This document shows, one piece after another, positions 23,480 through 35,121 of a DNA stretch of 64,000 bases. Below the pieces are notes generated by a model. It did not search any database and had not been told where the DNA came from. It saw only the letters and a list, made by a program, of their open reading frames with translations. Source of the stretch: Intrasporangium sp. (GTDB taxonomy: Bacteria; Actinomycetota; Actinomycetes; Actinomycetales; Dermatophilaceae); contig NZ_JAKDLO010000001.1 of NCBI RefSeq assembly GCF_030452765.1, positions 25,273 through 89,272 of the forward strand. The letters run 5' to 3'. Positions within the stretch are counted from its first letter, which is position 1. Every line of letters starts with the position of its first letter. Both the position numbers and the translations under genes were made by a program.

Positions 23480-23914
23480 TCAGACGAGGGCACGCAGGGC
23501 GAGCAGGTAGCTCTGCAGGCCGAAGCCGGCCACGGTCCCCGTCGCCACCGGTCCGACGACCGAGACGTGCCGGAACTGCTCGCGGGCGGCGGGGTTGGAC
23601 AGGTGGACCTCCACAAGGGAGCGGCCGCTCGTCGTGACGATGGCGCACGCGTCGCGGACGGCATACGAGTAGTGGGTGAACGCGCCCGGGTTGAGCACGA
23701 CGTCGGCACCGGCGTCGACGGCCTGGTGAAGCCAGTCGATGAGCTCACCCTCGTGGTTGGTCTGTCGGCAGTCGGCGACAAGGCCGAGGTGCTCGGCCTC
23801 GCGGCGCACGGCGTCGTGAACATCCTCGAGGGTGTCCGAGCCGTAGATCTCCGGCTCGCGTGTGCCGAGCCGGTTCAGGTTGGGCCCGGACAGGACGAAG
23901 ACCGTGGGAGTCAT
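23480..23914 (-). CDS. aroQ: Type II 3-dehydroquinate dehydratase
   Basis: LSGPNLNRLGTREPEIYG, NPGAFTHYS, EVHLSN. Confidence 0.96.
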   Translation of the reverse strand: MTPTVFVLSGPNLNRLGTREPEIYGSDTLEDVHDAVRREAEHLGLVADCRQTNHEGELIDWLHQAVDAGADVVLNPGAFTHYSYAVRDACAIVTTSGRSLVEVHLSNPAAREQFRHVSVVGPVATGTVAGFGLQSYLLALRALV

Positions 23915-23957
23915 GGCGCGATCCTACTGAGCGAGCCGCGGCACGGATCCGTTCGCG

Positions 23958-25043
23958 TCAGGTGGGGGGCGGCGTGGCGATGCGGGCGTAGGCCTCGCGC
24001 AGCAGGGCATCGCTCGGGTCGACCAGGCGGGCGGGTTGGGCGAGCCCGTCGAGGACGACGAAGCGCAGCGTCGAGCCACGCGTCTTCTTGTCGCGCCGCA
24101 TCGCCGTCAGCAGGCCCTCCCAGCGGTCGGCACGATAGCTCGTGGGCAGCCCGACCGAGCTGAGGACATCACGATGGCGGGCCACCAGCCCGTCGTCGAG
24201 GCGCCCGGCCAGTCGAGCGAGCTCGGCGACGTAGACCATGCCGACGCTGACCGCCTCGCCGTGCCGCCAGGCGAAGTGCTCGACCTGCTCGATCGCGTGG
24301 CCGAAGGTGTGGCCGTAGTTGAGGATCTCGCGCAGCGACGCCTCCTTCAGGTCGGCCGAGACGACCTCGGCCTTGACACGAACAGCACGTTCGACGAGCT
24401 CACGCAGGTGCGGGTTGTCCGCCCGCCGGGCGGCCTGCGGGTCGGCCTCGACGAGCTCGAGGATCGTCGGGTCGGCGATGAACCCGGCCTTGATGACCTC
24501 GGCGAGCCCGGCGACGAGGTCGGCCTCGGGAAGCGTGCGAAGGACGTCGAGGTCGCACAGGACCCACGCCGGCGGGTGGAAGGCGCCGACGAGGTTCTTG
24601 CCCTCGGACGTGTTGATGCCCGTCTTGCCTCCGACGGCCGCGTCGACCATGCCGAGCAGCGTCGTCGGCACGTGCCCGACCCTGACCCCGCGCAGCCAGG
24701 TCGCCGCGACGAACCCGGCAAGGTCGGTTACGGCACCCCCGCCGACGCCCACGACAGCGTCGGCGCGGGTGAAGCCGGCCTGCCCGAGCTGCGCCCATAG
24801 CCGGCTCGCGATCCCGGCCGTCTTGGCGGCCTCGGCGTCGGGCACCGCCGCGAGGTGGACGGCATACCCCTCGCGCTCGATGGACGCGGCGACGGTCTCG
24901 GCGTAGCCGCTGAAGGCGACCGAGTGGACGACGAGGACGCGCTCCACGGCCTCGCCGAGCCTGGCGCCGGGCTCCCCCAGCAGACCGTGACCGACGACGA
25001 CGTCGTAGTCGTCGCCGACCCGGGTCGCCGTCCCGTCGTTCAC
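23958..25043 (-). CDS. aroB: 3-dehydroquinate synthase
   Basis: [35 protein letters not shown]; GTG overlaps the aroK stop. Confidence 0.96.
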   Translation of the reverse strand: MNDGTATRVGDDYDVVVGHGLLGEPGARLGEAVERVLVVHSVAFSGYAETVAASIEREGYAVHLAAVPDAEAAKTAGIASRLWAQLGQAGFTRADAVVGVGGGAVTDLAGFVAATWLRGVRVGHVPTTLLGMVDAAVGGKTGINTSEGKNLVGAFHPPAWVLCDLDVLRTLPEADLVAGLAEVIKAGFIADPTILELVEADPQAARRADNPHLRELVERAVRVKAEVVSADLKEASLREILNYGHTFGHAIEQVEHFAWRHGEAVSVGMVYVAELARLAGRLDDGLVARHRDVLSSVGLPTSYRADRWEGLLTAMRRDKKTRGSTLRFVVLDGLAQPARLVDPSDALLREAYARIATPPPT

Positions 25044-25567
25044 GTCGGCGCCCCTGCCAGCAGGCGCGCGATCTCGTCGGCGATGTCGTCGGGCGGGCGT
25101 CCGGCGGTGTCGACCCGGTGGGTCGCGACGCCCTCGTAGACGGGTCGGCGCCGCTTCATCAACGCGACCCACGTGGCGCGCGGGTTGACGGCGAGGAGCG
25201 GCCGCGACCGGTCGAAGCCGATCCGCTTGCTCGCGTCGGCGATACCGACGTCGAGGAAGACCACGATGTGCCCGTCGAGCGCGGCACGGGTCACCGGGTC
25301 CATCACCGCTCCCCCACCGAGGGCGAGCACGCCGGTCGACTCGCTGAGGGCTCGCGCGACCTCGGCCCGTTCGAGGTCCCGGAAGGTCGGCTCACCGTCT
25401 TCGATGAAGATGTCCGCGATCGTTCGGCTGGTGGCCGCCTCGATCGCGGCGTCGGTGTCGTGCAGGTCGACGCCGAGTCGTGTGGCGAGCGCGCGCCCGA
25501 CGGTGCTCTTGCCCGATCCCGGGGGCCCGACGAGGACGGCGACGGGACGTGCCGCGGCTCTCACCAC
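25040..25567 (-). CDS. aroK: Shikimate kinase
   Basis: [26 protein letters not shown]. Confidence 0.95.
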   Translation of the reverse strand: MVRAAARPVAVLVGPPGSGKSTVGRALATRLGVDLHDTDAAIEAATSRTIADIFIEDGEPTFRDLERAEVARALSESTGVLALGGGAVMDPVTRAALDGHIVVFLDVGIADASKRIGFDRSRPLLAVNPRATWVALMKRRRPVYEGVATHRVDTAGRPPDDIADEIARLLAGAPT

Positions 25568-26781
25568 GTGCGCATCCCCTCCGGGATCGACTCGAGGTAT
25601 GCCGCATGGTTGCGCCGCGTCTCGGCGACGGAGTCGCCGCCGAACTTCGCGAGGCAGGCATCGGCCAGGACGAGCGCGACCATGGCCTCGGCGACGACAC
25701 CCGCTGCGGGGACCGCGCAGACGTCGGAGCGCTGGTGGATCGCCGTCGCGGACTCGCCTGTCGCGACGTCGACGGTGGACAGGGCGCGGGGCACGGTGCT
25801 GATCGGCTTCATCGCGGCGCGCACCCGGAGCACCTCCCCCGTCGACATGCCGCCCTCGGTGCCTCCGGCCCGACCGGTGCGGCGGCGGATGATGCCGTCC
25901 ACGACCTCCATCTCGTCGTGGGCCTGCGAGCCGCGGCGGCGTGCGGTCTCGAAGCCGTCGCCGAGGGCGACGCCCTTGATCGCCTGGATGCTCATCAGGG
26001 CGGCGGCGAGCCGTCCGTCGAGCTTGCGGTCCCAGTGCACGTGCGAGCCGAGGCCCGGAGGCAACCCATAGGCGAGGACCTCGACGACGCCACCGAGGGT
26101 GTCGCCGTCCTTCTTGGCCGCGTCGACCTCGGCCACCATGGCGGCCGAGCCGCTCGCGTCGAACGCCCGGACCGGGTCGGCGTCGATGGCGGGCACGTCG
26201 TCCGGGTCCGGCAGCGGTGCCCCCTCCGTGACGGTGGCCAGGCCGATCGCGAGGGTGTGCGAGAGCAGCCGGATGCCGTACGCCTGCCCCAGGAACCTGG
26301 CGGCGACCTCGCCGAGGGCGACGCGAGCGGCGGTCTCGCGGGCCGAGGCGCGCTCGAGGATCGGGCGTGCGTCGGCGTGTCCGTACTTCTGCATGCCGAC
26401 GAGGTCGGCATGCCCGGGCCGCGGCCGGGTCAACGGCTTGTTGCGGGCGACCTCCTTCTCGGCATTGACGTCGTCGGCCGCGGCGAACGCCGCGGTGGAC
26501 ACCGGCTCAGGGCTCATGACGGTCTGCCACTTCGGCCACTCCGTGTTGCCGACCCGCAGCGCGACTGGGCTGCCGATGGTGACACCGTGCCGCACCCCAC
26601 CGAGGAACTCGACCTCGTCCTGCTCGAACTTCATCCGCGCCCCTCGACCGTGGCCGAGCCGGCGCCGGGCCAGCGCCCGTCGCAGGTCCTCGGCGCAGAC
26701 CTCGACCCCGGCCGGCAGTCCCTCGAGCACGGCGACCAGGGCGGGGCCGTGCGACTCGCCGGAGGTCAACCAACGCAACAT
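25561..26781 (-). CDS. aroC: Chorismate synthase
   Basis: [42 protein letters not shown]. Confidence 0.97.
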   Translation of the reverse strand: MLRWLTSGESHGPALVAVLEGLPAGVEVCAEDLRRALARRRLGHGRGARMKFEQDEVEFLGGVRHGVTIGSPVALRVGNTEWPKWQTVMSPEPVSTAAFAAADDVNAEKEVARNKPLTRPRPGHADLVGMQKYGHADARPILERASARETAARVALGEVAARFLGQAYGIRLLSHTLAIGLATVTEGAPLPDPDDVPAIDADPVRAFDASGSAAMVAEVDAAKKDGDTLGGVVEVLAYGLPPGLGSHVHWDRKLDGRLAAALMSIQAIKGVALGDGFETARRRGSQAHDEMEVVDGIIRRRTGRAGGTEGGMSTGEVLRVRAAMKPISTVPRALSTVDVATGESATAIHQRSDVCAVPAAGVVAEAMVALVLADACLAKFGGDSVAETRRNHAAYLESIPEGMRTW

Positions 26782-26846
26782 GAGGCGATCCTGTCACGAG
26801 CCGGTGGGACCAGCGCCTGCCCCCCTCCCCGGACCCGTCCCGGACG

Positions 26847-27590
26847 TCACAGCAGCGGGGGCACCTCGACGAGGAGCGCGATGATCGCCCCCGCGACGAG
26901 GAAGGGCCCGAACGGCACGGAGTCGTGCCGGGAGCGGCGCCGCACGACGACGTGGACGAGGGCGTACGCTCCGCCGAGCAGGAACGCGGCGTAGAGGGCG
27001 AGCACCGGTGCGGCCCACCCGACCGAGCCGGTGACGAGGCCGATGAGACCGAGCAGGACGACGTCGCCGAGCCCGAAGCCGCTCCGGAGCAGGGCGGCCA
27101 GCAGGGCGAGCAGGAGACCGAGGACCCCGAGGAACGCCGCACCCAGGACCGCCCTCACGAGCAGGCCCCAGTCGCCGGTCGCCCACGCCGCGAAGGTGAC
27201 CTGGCCCAGCAGGATCGGGAGGCTCGGCAGCGTCAGACCCTCCGGTAGGCGGTGTATATCGAGGTCGACCCATGTCAGGGCGAGCGCGACGGTCGCGAAG
27301 GTGAGCAGGGCGGGCAGCAGCAGCCACCCGGCCGGGATACCGAACTTCCACGCCAGCGCGGCCCAGAGCGGCCCCAGGCCGGCGGTGACCACCCAGCCGG
27401 GCAGCCTGCGCGGCCGATCAGCCTCCTCCTCGAGCCGATAGTCGAACGTCTGCAGCCGGGATCCGAGCAGGTGCCCGACCCCGAGCCCGGACACACCGGC
27501 CGCCACCACGAGCCAGATCGGGGCGCTGGCGGGGGGCGCATCGGTGGCCAAGGCTCCCAGCACTGTCCAGCCCGGCGGACCCCCGATCAT
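26847..27590 (-). CDS. A24-family prepilin peptidase-like membrane protein
   Basis: DLDIHRLP, GFGLGDV, PFGPFL; sits between aroE and aroC as in other Actinobacteria. Confidence 0.85.
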   Translation of the reverse strand: MIGGPPGWTVLGALATDAPPASAPIWLVVAAGVSGLGVGHLLGSRLQTFDYRLEEEADRPRRLPGWVVTAGLGPLWAALAWKFGIPAGWLLLPALLTFATVALALTWVDLDIHRLPEGLTLPSLPILLGQVTFAAWATGDWGLLVRAVLGAAFLGVLGLLLALLAALLRSGFGLGDVVLLGLIGLVTGSVGWAAPVLALYAAFLLGGAYALVHVVVRRRSRHDSVPFGPFLVAGAIIALLVEVPPLL

Positions 27591-28387
27591 CGGTGCGCGG
27601 CGAGAGCCTCGGCGAGCGCGCGGCGCATCTCCTCGAGGGGGGCGGGCTGCCCGGTCATGAGACGGACCTGCTCGGCGGCCTGGTGCAGCAGCAACTCGGT
27701 GCCGTCCACGACGGTCCAGCCACGCTCGCGCGCCGCGTGCTGCAGGGGGGTGTCCCCGGAGCCGTAGACGACGTCGAGGACGGTCGCCGGTCTGTCGTCG
27801 AGCTGCGTGAGGCCGCCCAGCGAGGCCGGTGGAACGGTGCTGACGATCACGTCAGCGGCCGGCCACGTCCCCATCGGTGTCACCGCCACCTCGAGACCTG
27901 CAGCGTGCGCGTGCTGCACAGTCTCGGGACGGGGACGCGCCCGGACCATGAAGACCACGCGACGCGCGCCGAGGTGCTGGGCTGCGGCGAGAGCGGACCG
28001 CGCCGTCGCCCCCGAGCCCACGACGAGCATGCTGTCGAGGTGGTCGAGGCCTGACTCCCGCAGCGACTCGACCATGCCCTGCACGTCGGTGTTGTGCGCC
28101 ATCCAGCCCTGCCGGCCATGCCGGACGAGGGTGTTGGCCGCGTCGGTCCGGCGCGCCTGCTCGCTCGCCTCGCGGGCGGCCGCGAGCGCCACCTCCTTGA
28201 GCGGCATCGTGAGCGACAGGCCGCGCCAGGTCCCGTCGAGTCCGCGCAACGCGGCCTCGAAACCGTCGGTGCCCACCTCGCGGCGCTCGTAGGTCCAGTC
28301 GCGCAGCCCGAGGGCTCCGTATGCCGCTCGGTGCAGCACGGGAGACAGCGAGTGCTCGATCGGCGAGCCCCACACGGCGCACTTCAT
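27587..28387 (-). CDS. aroE: Shikimate dehydrogenase
   Basis: GSPIEHSLSP, SLTMPLK, AANT, HNTD, GSGATA, DVVY. Confidence 0.94.
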   Translation of the reverse strand: MKCAVWGSPIEHSLSPVLHRAAYGALGLRDWTYERREVGTDGFEAALRGLDGTWRGLSLTMPLKEVALAAAREASEQARRTDAANTLVRHGRQGWMAHNTDVQGMVESLRESGLDHLDSMLVVGSGATARSALAAAQHLGARRVVFMVRARPRPETVQHAHAAGLEVAVTPMGTWPAADVIVSTVPPASLGGLTQLDDRPATVLDVVYGSGDTPLQHAARERGWTVVDGTELLLHQAAEQVRLMTGQPAPLEEMRRALAEALAAHR

Positions 28388-28400
28388 CGCTCAGAGCCTC

Positions 28401-29636
28401 TCAACACGTGCCCTTGTTGGCCGCGCACCAGGCCTGGAACTGGGCGACGTTCTTCTCGTGCTCGGCCAGGGTCACGGCGAACTTCGTCTCCCCCGTCCTG
28501 GGGTTGACGGTGACGAAGTAGAGCCAGGGGCCTGTGGCGGGGTGGACGGCGGCCGTGATGGCGCTCTCTCCTGGGTTGCCGATCGGGCCCGGTGGCAGGC
28601 TCGCGTGCACATAGGTGTTGTAGGGGCTCTTGCTGGCGCGGTCGGCGTCGCTCGTCGTGATGCCATGCTTGCCGGCCGCGTAGTTGACGGTCGAGTCGAG
28701 CTGGAGCTTCATCTTCTTCGCGAGGCGGTTCTCGATGACGCGGGCCACCTTGGGCCGGTCCTCGGGGCGCCGGGCCTCGGCCTCGACGAGACTCGCGATG
28801 ATGACGGTTCGCTCCATCCGCTCGTCGGGCACGCCGAGGGCCTCGAGCCGCTTGACCGACTGGGCGACCATCTGGGCCAGCTGGTCCTTGGCCGTCGTGC
28901 CGGGGTCGAAGGAGTACTTGGCCGGGAAGAGGTAGCCCTCGACGTTTCCCTTCGCCGCGGGCGGCAGACCCAGGGCGGCGCCGTCCTTGGCCGCGGCAGC
29001 GTAGTCGGCGACGGGGATGCCGGTGTGCTTCGACAGCTCGGCGTAGATCTCCTTGGCCCAGAGCCCCTCACGGATCGTCACCTGCGTCGTGATCCGGTTG
29101 TCCGGGTCGACGAGTACCGCGACCGCAGCCGCGGCCGACATCTGCTTGCGCAGACGGTAGGTGCCCGGCTGGATGCCGGCGCTCTTCGGGTTGTCGGCGG
29201 CCGCCTCGATGTAGGCCTTGGTGGACTTGACGACGCCGGCATTGACGAGTGTCGTGGCGATCGCGGCCCCGGTGTCGCCGTGCTCGACCACGACGGGTAC
29301 CTCGCCGCTGCCCGGCCCGGGGTAGTCGTTCGACTCGAACATGCCGGCGACGACCGGGCGCAGGTAGGTGTAGGCCACCGCGACGCCACCGCCGATGACG
29401 GCCAGGGCGAGGGTGATCACCGCGATGCGCCGCCACAGGGGCGGTTTGTGCGACCGGGCGCGCCGGGACTTGGCGGACCGCCGCTCGGCTCTGCGGCTCT
29501 CCCGTCGAGTGAGCCGGGCCCGCTCGCCCCGCTCGGACGGGCCCCGCGTCGGGCCGTGCGCCGGACTCTGCCCCCGGTGGTCCCCGACGTGCTCGTCGTG
29601 GTCGCCGAAGATCGACGACTCGAGAGGGTCATTCAT
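28401..29636 (-). CDS. mltG: Endolytic transglycosylase MltG
   Basis: N-terminal Arg-rich tail and one TM helix; EGYLFP, IIASLVEAE, LQLDSTVNY, SPYNTY..LPPGPIGNPG. Confidence 0.94.
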   Translation of the reverse strand: MNDPLESSIFGDHDEHVGDHRGQSPAHGPTRGPSERGERARLTRRESRRAERRSAKSRRARSHKPPLWRRIAVITLALAVIGGGVAVAYTYLRPVVAGMFESNDYPGPGSGEVPVVVEHGDTGAAIATTLVNAGVVKSTKAYIEAAADNPKSAGIQPGTYRLRKQMSAAAAVAVLVDPDNRITTQVTIREGLWAKEIYAELSKHTGIPVADYAAAAKDGAALGLPPAAKGNVEGYLFPAKYSFDPGTTAKDQLAQMVAQSVKRLEALGVPDERMERTVIIASLVEAEARRPEDRPKVARVIENRLAKKMKLQLDSTVNYAAGKHGITTSDADRASKSPYNTYVHASLPPGPIGNPGESAITAAVHPATGPWLYFVTVNPRTGETKFAVTLAEHEKNVAQFQAWCAANKGTC

Positions 29637-30136
29637 GGACGTCGGGCCTTCCTCCGTGGCTTGCGCCCCGGCGAGACGATCTCGCCGGCCGGATCACCGG
29701 ACCGCGTCTCCGCGTCGAGGGCCGCCTGGAGGATGAGCACCGCCGCGGCCTGGTCGACGACGGCCCGCTGCCCCCGACCCGGCACACCGCTGTCGCGTAG
29801 TCTGCGGTGCGCGTCGACTGTCGTCAAGCGTTCGTCGACGAGGCGCACCGGTACCGGACGGACGCGCTCGGCGAGCTGGGCGGCATACGTCCTGGTGAGC
29901 CGGGCCGCGGTGCCCTCCTGACCGGAGAGCAGCAGCGGCAGCCCGACCGCGACCGCGACGGCGGCGCGCTCGGTCACGAGCGCGGCGAGCGTGTCTAGAT
30001 CGGTACCGCCCTCGGCGTCGCGGGCCAGCGTCGTCACCGGGACGGCGAGACTCCCGCCGGGATCCGAGGCGGCGACTCCGACGCGGGCGATGCCCACGTC
30101 GACGCCGATCCGGACCCCGGGATCCATGCGGATCAC
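29633..30136 (-). CDS. ruvX: Holliday junction resolvase-like RuvX/YqgF
   Basis: [34 protein letters not shown]. Confidence 0.94.
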   Translation of the reverse strand: MIRMDPGVRIGVDVGIARVGVAASDPGGSLAVPVTTLARDAEGGTDLDTLAALVTERAAVAVAVGLPLLLSGQEGTAARLTRTYAAQLAERVRPVPVRLVDERLTTVDAHRRLRDSGVPGRGQRAVVDQAAAVLILQAALDAETRSGDPAGEIVSPGRKPRRKARRP

Positions 30137-32838
30137 GCACTCCGTGCGCGGAGCTGGTCCTCGACCGCCCCCAGCGCCTCGGAGACCTTGGTGGGCTCCG
30201 TGCCCCCGCCCTGGGCGATGTCGTCCTTGCCGCCGCCTCCCCCGCCGAGCTGCTGGGCGGCGGTCCGCACGAAGGCACCTGCCTTGAGGCCGACCTCGCG
30301 GGCCCGCTCGTTCGTCGCGACGATCGCGACCGGGCGCCCCTTGCTGACGGCGGCCATCGAGACGAGTACCGGGCGGTCGTTGCCGAGGCGGTGACGGACG
30401 TCGAGCACGAGCGCGCGCAGGTCGTCGGCGGTGACGTCGCGACCGGCGTCGTGGCTGACGAAGGTGACGCCGTCGAGGTCGCGGGCACTGCCCACGAGGC
30501 CGGCCGCGGCCCCGAGCACCTGGGCCTGCCGGACGGCGGCGATCTCCTTCTCGGCATCCTTGAGCCGGCCGAGGATGCCGGCGATCCGCTCCGGCAGCTC
30601 CTGCGGGCGCGCCTTGACGAGCTCGGCGAGCTGCCCGACGATCGCGGCTTCGCGGGCGAGGAACGAGTAGGCATCCGAGCCGACGAGCGCCTCGACCCGG
30701 CGCACCCCCGATCCGATCGACGACTCCCCGAGCAGCTTGACGACGCCGAGCTGGCCCGAGCGCTGGGCATGCGTGCCGCCGCAGAGCTCACGGGCCCAGT
30801 CCCCGACCGAGACGACGCGCACCTCGTTGCCGTACTTCTCGCCGAAGAGGGCCATCGCGCCGATGTCGTGGGCCTGCTGCTGCGACATGATCTCGGCATG
30901 CACGGGCAGGTCGTCGAGCAGCAGCGCGTTGACCTTGGCCTCGACGTCGGCGAGCACCGCCCCCGGCACGGCGTGCTGGGCGTTGAAGTCGAAGCGGAAC
31001 CGGCCGGGCGCGTTCTCCGAGCCGGCCTGGGTGGCGGTCTCGCCGACCGCCTCACGGATCGCCTTGTGCACCATGTGCGTTGCGGTATGGGCTCGCGAGA
31101 TCGACCGGCGTCGCTCGATGTCGACCTTCGCGTACGCAAGCTCGCCGGGGCCCACCTCGCCGCACACCACCGACGCGCGGTGCACGATGAGCCCGGTGAT
31201 CGGCTTCTGCACGTCGCGCACGTCGATGACCGCGCCGTTCGCGAGCTCGATGAGCCCCCCGTCGGCGAGCTGGCCGCCGCCCTCGGGGTAGAACGGGGTG
31301 CGGTCGAGGACGAGCTCGATGTCATCGCCCGCGCTCGCGATCTCGACGTTCTGCCCGTCCCGGATGATGCCGGCGACCCGTCCCTCGGAGACGACCTCGT
31401 CGTAGCCGGTGAACTCGACATCGTGGCCGAGGGAGTCCGCGACGTGCCGGTACACGTGGGTGTCTCCGTGGGCGGTCTTCTTGGCCCGCGCGTCGGCCTT
31501 GGCCCGGTCGCGCTGCTCGGCCATCAGCCTGCGGAAACCTGGCTCGTCGACCTCGACGCCCTGTTCGGCCGCCATCTCGAGGGTCAGGTCGATGGGGAAG
31601 CCGTAGGTGTCGTGCAGCGTGAACGCCTGCTCGCCCGAGAGTCGTTGTGGTGCCTGGGGTTTCGCCTTGATCCGGCCCACCGCGGAGTCGAGGATCGTCG
31701 TGCCGGACGCCAGGGTGCGGCGGAACGCCTCCTCCTCGGCGTAGGCGACCTGGCTGATCCGCGCGAAGTCGGTGCGCAGCTCGGGGTAGGACTGGCTCAT
31801 CCGCTCCATGCTGATGGGCAGCAGGTGCGGCATCGTCGGCTCGTCCACGCCGAGCAGCACCATCGAGCGGACGGCACGGCGCAGCATCCGACGCAGGACG
31901 TAGCCGCGGCCCTCGTTGCTCGGGGTGACGCCGTCGCCGATGAGCATCAGGCAGGTGCGGACGTGGTCGGCGACCACCCGCAGCCGCACGTCGTCGGGGC
32001 GGCTCTGCGCGGCGACGTGGCTCGGGTTGGCCCCGTAGGTCTTGCCGGCCAGCTCCGCGGCCTTGTCGAGGACCGGGAAGACCTCGTCGATCTCGTAGAG
32101 GTTGTCGACCCCCTGCAGGATGCTGGCCATCCGCTCGAGACCCATGCCGGTGTCGACGTTGCGGGCCGGCAGCGGACCTGCGACGTCGAAGTCGTCCTTG
32201 GCCCGGACCGCCGAGAGCTGGTCCTGCATGAAGACGAGGTTCCACACCTCCATGTAGCGGTCCTCGTCGACGGCCGGGCCCCCCTCGCGGCCGTACTTGG
32301 CGCCGCGGTCGACGAAGATCTCGCTGGAGGGACCGGCTGGGCCGGGGATGCCCATGTGCCAGTAGTTGTCCTGCTTGCCGCGGCGCACGATGCGCTCACG
32401 CGGAATGTCGCTGAGCTTCAGCCAGAGGTCCACCGCCTCGTCGTCGTCCTCGTAGACCGTGGCCCAGAGGCGCTCGGGGTCCAGCCCGTAGCCGCCCTCC
32501 TGCTGGGTGGTGGTCAGCAGCTCCCACGCGTAGGAGATCGCCCCTTCCTTGAAGTAGTCGCCGAAGGAGAAGTTGCCGTTCATCTGGAAGAACGTGCCGT
32601 GCCGGCTGGTCCGACCCACCTCGTCGAGGTCCGGGGTGCGGACGCACTTCTGCACGGAGGTGGCTCGGGACCACTTGGGGGTCTCCTGGCCGACGAAGTA
32701 GGGCACGAAGGGGACCATGCCGGCAGCCACGAAGAGCAGGTTGGGGTCGTCGAACGGCAGCGGTGCGCTCGGGACGACGGTGTGACCCCGGCTCTCGAAG
32801 AACGAGAGCCAACGACGCCTGATCTCAGCGGTTTCCAT
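30133..32838 (-). CDS. alaS: Alanine--tRNA ligase
   Basis: [56 protein letters not shown]. Confidence 0.98.
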   Translation of the reverse strand: METAEIRRRWLSFFESRGHTVVPSAPLPFDDPNLLFVAAGMVPFVPYFVGQETPKWSRATSVQKCVRTPDLDEVGRTSRHGTFFQMNGNFSFGDYFKEGAISYAWELLTTTQQEGGYGLDPERLWATVYEDDDEAVDLWLKLSDIPRERIVRRGKQDNYWHMGIPGPAGPSSEIFVDRGAKYGREGGPAVDEDRYMEVWNLVFMQDQLSAVRAKDDFDVAGPLPARNVDTGMGLERMASILQGVDNLYEIDEVFPVLDKAAELAGKTYGANPSHVAAQSRPDDVRLRVVADHVRTCLMLIGDGVTPSNEGRGYVLRRMLRRAVRSMVLLGVDEPTMPHLLPISMERMSQSYPELRTDFARISQVAYAEEEAFRRTLASGTTILDSAVGRIKAKPQAPQRLSGEQAFTLHDTYGFPIDLTLEMAAEQGVEVDEPGFRRLMAEQRDRAKADARAKKTAHGDTHVYRHVADSLGHDVEFTGYDEVVSEGRVAGIIRDGQNVEIASAGDDIELVLDRTPFYPEGGGQLADGGLIELANGAVIDVRDVQKPITGLIVHRASVVCGEVGPGELAYAKVDIERRRSISRAHTATHMVHKAIREAVGETATQAGSENAPGRFRFDFNAQHAVPGAVLADVEAKVNALLLDDLPVHAEIMSQQQAHDIGAMALFGEKYGNEVRVVSVGDWARELCGGTHAQRSGQLGVVKLLGESSIGSGVRRVEALVGSDAYSFLAREAAIVGQLAELVKARPQELPERIAGILGRLKDAEKEIAAVRQAQVLGAAAGLVGSARDLDGVTFVSHDAGRDVTADDLRALVLDVRHRLGNDRPVLVSMAAVSKGRPVAIVATNERAREVGLKAGAFVRTAAQQLGGGGGGKDDIAQGGGTEPTKVSEALGAVEDQLRARSA

Positions 32839-32939
32839 GCGATGGCGGTCCTTGGTCTGTTGGACGGTAGGCCCCCGCGCTCGACGCGCGAGGCGATGGT
32901 CAACCCTAGCCGACCTGCCCACCTGACCAGCCGCGAGAC

Positions 32940-32974
32940 GTATGCCGCCCAGCTCGGCGAGCAGGGCGGCATAC
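32940..32974. terminator. GC-rich hairpin made of an inverted pair of the GTATGCCG motif, just downstream of oppF
   Basis: GTATGCCGCCC-a-GCTC-ggc-GAGC-a-GGGCGGCATAC, 22 nt after the oppF stop; no U-tract, so terminator function is inferred. Confidence 0.55.
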
Positions 32975-32996
32975 CGTCGGCGAGGTGGCCGGCTCC

Positions 32997-34049
32997 TCAG
33001 GCCGGGGTCTCGACCTCCGCGAGGATGTCGGTCTTGACCTCCGGGAAGTGGCAGGCCTGCAGGTGCACGCCTCGCTCCCGGCCACCCGTCGACTGCTGGT
33101 CGTTCGTCGAGGCGATCAGCGGCGGCTCCTGTGTCGCGCAGATCTCCTGGGCCTTCCAGCACCGGGTGCGGAAGCGGCACCCACTGGGCGGGTCGATCGG
33201 GCTCGGGACGTCGCCGACGAGACGGATCCGCTCCTTCGGCGCGATCCCGCGGGCGACGTTGATGTCCGGCGCGGCCGACAGCAGCGCCTGCGTGTAGGGG
33301 TGCTCGGCACGCTCGTAGATGCCGTGCCGGTCGCCGTACTCGACGATCTTGCCGAGGTACATCACCGCGACCTGGTCGCAGAAGTGGCGCACGACGCCGA
33401 GGTCGTGGGCGACGAAGATGAACGCCAGGCCGAAGTCGTCACGCAGCTTGGCGAGCAGGTTCATCACCTGGGCCTGGATCGACACGTCGAGTGCCGAGAC
33501 GGGCTCGTCCGCGATGATGAGCTTCGGCTCGACCGCGAGCGCCCGTGCGATGCCGATACGCTGCCGCTGGCCGCCAGAGAACTCCGACGGGTAGCGGTTG
33601 ATGTGCTCGGGGTTGAGACCGACCAGCTCCAGCAGCTCCTTGACCCGCTGCTTCTCGCGCCCCTTGTGCAGACCGTGCACCTTGAGCGGCGTCGTGAGGA
33701 TCGAGCCGATCGTGTGCCTCGGGTTGAGCGAGGAGTAGGGGTCCTGGAAGATCATCTGGATGTCCCGGCGGATCTCGCGCAGCCGGGACTCCTTGAGGAA
33801 GGTGATGTCCCGGCCCTCGAAGACGATCCTGCCGGACGTGGGGGTGTCGAGCCGGGTCACGAGGCGCGCCGTCGTCGACTTGCCGCAGCCGGACTCGCCG
33901 ACGAGGCCGAGCGTCTGGCCCTGGGAGACGGTGAAGCCCACTCCGTCGACGGCGCGGACGTTGGCCTTGACCATCCGCAGGCCCTGGACCTCACGGAACG
34001 GGAAGTGGCGGACCAGGTCGGTGACCTCGAGCAGGGGCGTGTCACCCAC
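32997..34049 (-). CDS. oppF: Oligopeptide ABC transporter ATPase (OppF/BldKE-like)
   Basis: [42 protein letters not shown]. Confidence 0.92.
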   Translation of the reverse strand: MGDTPLLEVTDLVRHFPFREVQGLRMVKANVRAVDGVGFTVSQGQTLGLVGESGCGKSTTARLVTRLDTPTSGRIVFEGRDITFLKESRLREIRRDIQMIFQDPYSSLNPRHTIGSILTTPLKVHGLHKGREKQRVKELLELVGLNPEHINRYPSEFSGGQRQRIGIARALAVEPKLIIADEPVSALDVSIQAQVMNLLAKLRDDFGLAFIFVAHDLGVVRHFCDQVAVMYLGKIVEYGDRHGIYERAEHPYTQALLSAAPDINVARGIAPKERIRLVGDVPSPIDPPSGCRFRTRCWKAQEICATQEPPLIASTNDQQSTGGRERGVHLQACHFPEVKTDILAEVETPA

Positions 34050-35121
34050 GGTTGGCCTCCTCGTCCGCGGCGATGGCACCCACGGGGTCCTCGAGATGGC
34101 ACCGGATCTGTCGGTTGGCCAGGCCCGGGGCAGCACGCCACTCGGGCACCTCGGTCCAGCACCGTTCACCCACAAGGTCCTTGAAGGTGCATCGCGGGTG
34201 GAAGGAGCACCCCGGCGGCAGCGCGAGCAGACTCGGCGGGGCGCCCTTGATCGCCTTGAGCTCCTCCTGCTCCTCGGTGGGCGAGGGCAGGGACTGGAGC
34301 AGGCCGTAGGTGTAGGGGTGCGCCGGGTGGGCCAGGACCTCCTTCGCGTCCCCCTTCTCGACCAGGCGACCGGCATACATCACGACGATGTCGTCGGCCG
34401 TCTCGGCGACGACGGCGAGGTCGTGCGTGATCAGGACGACCCCCGACCCGAACTCCTTGCGCAGGTCGTTGATGAGGTCGAGGATCTGCGCCTGCACCGT
34501 CACGTCGAGCGCGGTCGTCGGCTCGTCGGCGATGAGCAGCTTCGGGTTGTTGACCAGGCCCAGGGCGATCATCGCCCGCTGGCGCATACCACCGGAGAAC
34601 TCGTGCGGGTACTGCTTGGCGCGACGCTTCGGGTTGGGGATGCCGACCCGGTCGAGCATCTCGACGGCCCGCGCGCGCCCGACGGCCCTCGAGACGCGGT
34701 GATGCGTCCGGTAGGCCTCGGCGATCTGGTCACCGATCTTGTAGAAGGGGTGCAGCGAGCTCTGCGGGTCCTGGAAGACCATCGCGACCTGCCGGCTGCG
34801 GATCCGTTGGAAGGTCGACTGGGGGGCGCCGACGAGCTCCTCGCCGTCGAGCTTGATACTGCCGGTGATCCGGGTCCGCTTCATGTTGTGCAGCCCGAGG
34901 ACCGCCATGCTCGAGACCGACTTGCCGGAGCCGGACTCCCCGACGATCGCCAGGGTGCGCCCGAGCCGGGCCTGGTAGGTCAGGTTCGACACGGCCCGGA
35001 CGACGCCCTCCTCGGTCGGGAAGGCGATGCTGAGGTCCTTGACGTCGAGGACGACGTCACCGGAGTGGTGGGCCTCGCCCTGCGTGGCGTCGGGGAGTTG
35101 GTCGGCGATGGCGGCACTCAC
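34042..35121 (-). CDS. oppD: Oligopeptide ABC transporter ATPase (OppD/BldKD-like)
   Basis: [32 protein letters not shown]. Confidence 0.92.
   Translation of the reverse strand: MSAAIADQLPDATQGEAHHSGDVVLDVKDLSIAFPTEEGVVRAVSNLTYQARLGRTLAIVGESGSGKSVSSMAVLGLHNMKRTRITGSIKLDGEELVGAPQSTFQRIRSRQVAMVFQDPQSSLHPFYKIGDQIAEAYRTHHRVSRAVGRARAVEMLDRVGIPNPKRRAKQYPHEFSGGMRQRAMIALGLVNNPKLLIADEPTTALDVTVQAQILDLINDLRKEFGSGVVLITHDLAVVAETADDIVVMYAGRLVEKGDAKEVLAHPAHPYTYGLLQSLPSPTEEQEELKAIKGAPPSLLALPPGCSFHPRCTFKDLVGERCWTEVPEWRAAPGLANRQIRCHLEDPVGAIAADEEANRG

Noticed and set aside
23432-23480. In-frame continuation after the aroQ stop (RDEQGLAVSGKVLD*)
   Set aside because: AroQ is already full length at 144 aa. There is no evidence of readthrough or of a pseudogene remnant.
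32838-32940. T-box riboswitch upstream of alaS or aspS
   Set aside because: The leaders are too short and show no T-box consensus.
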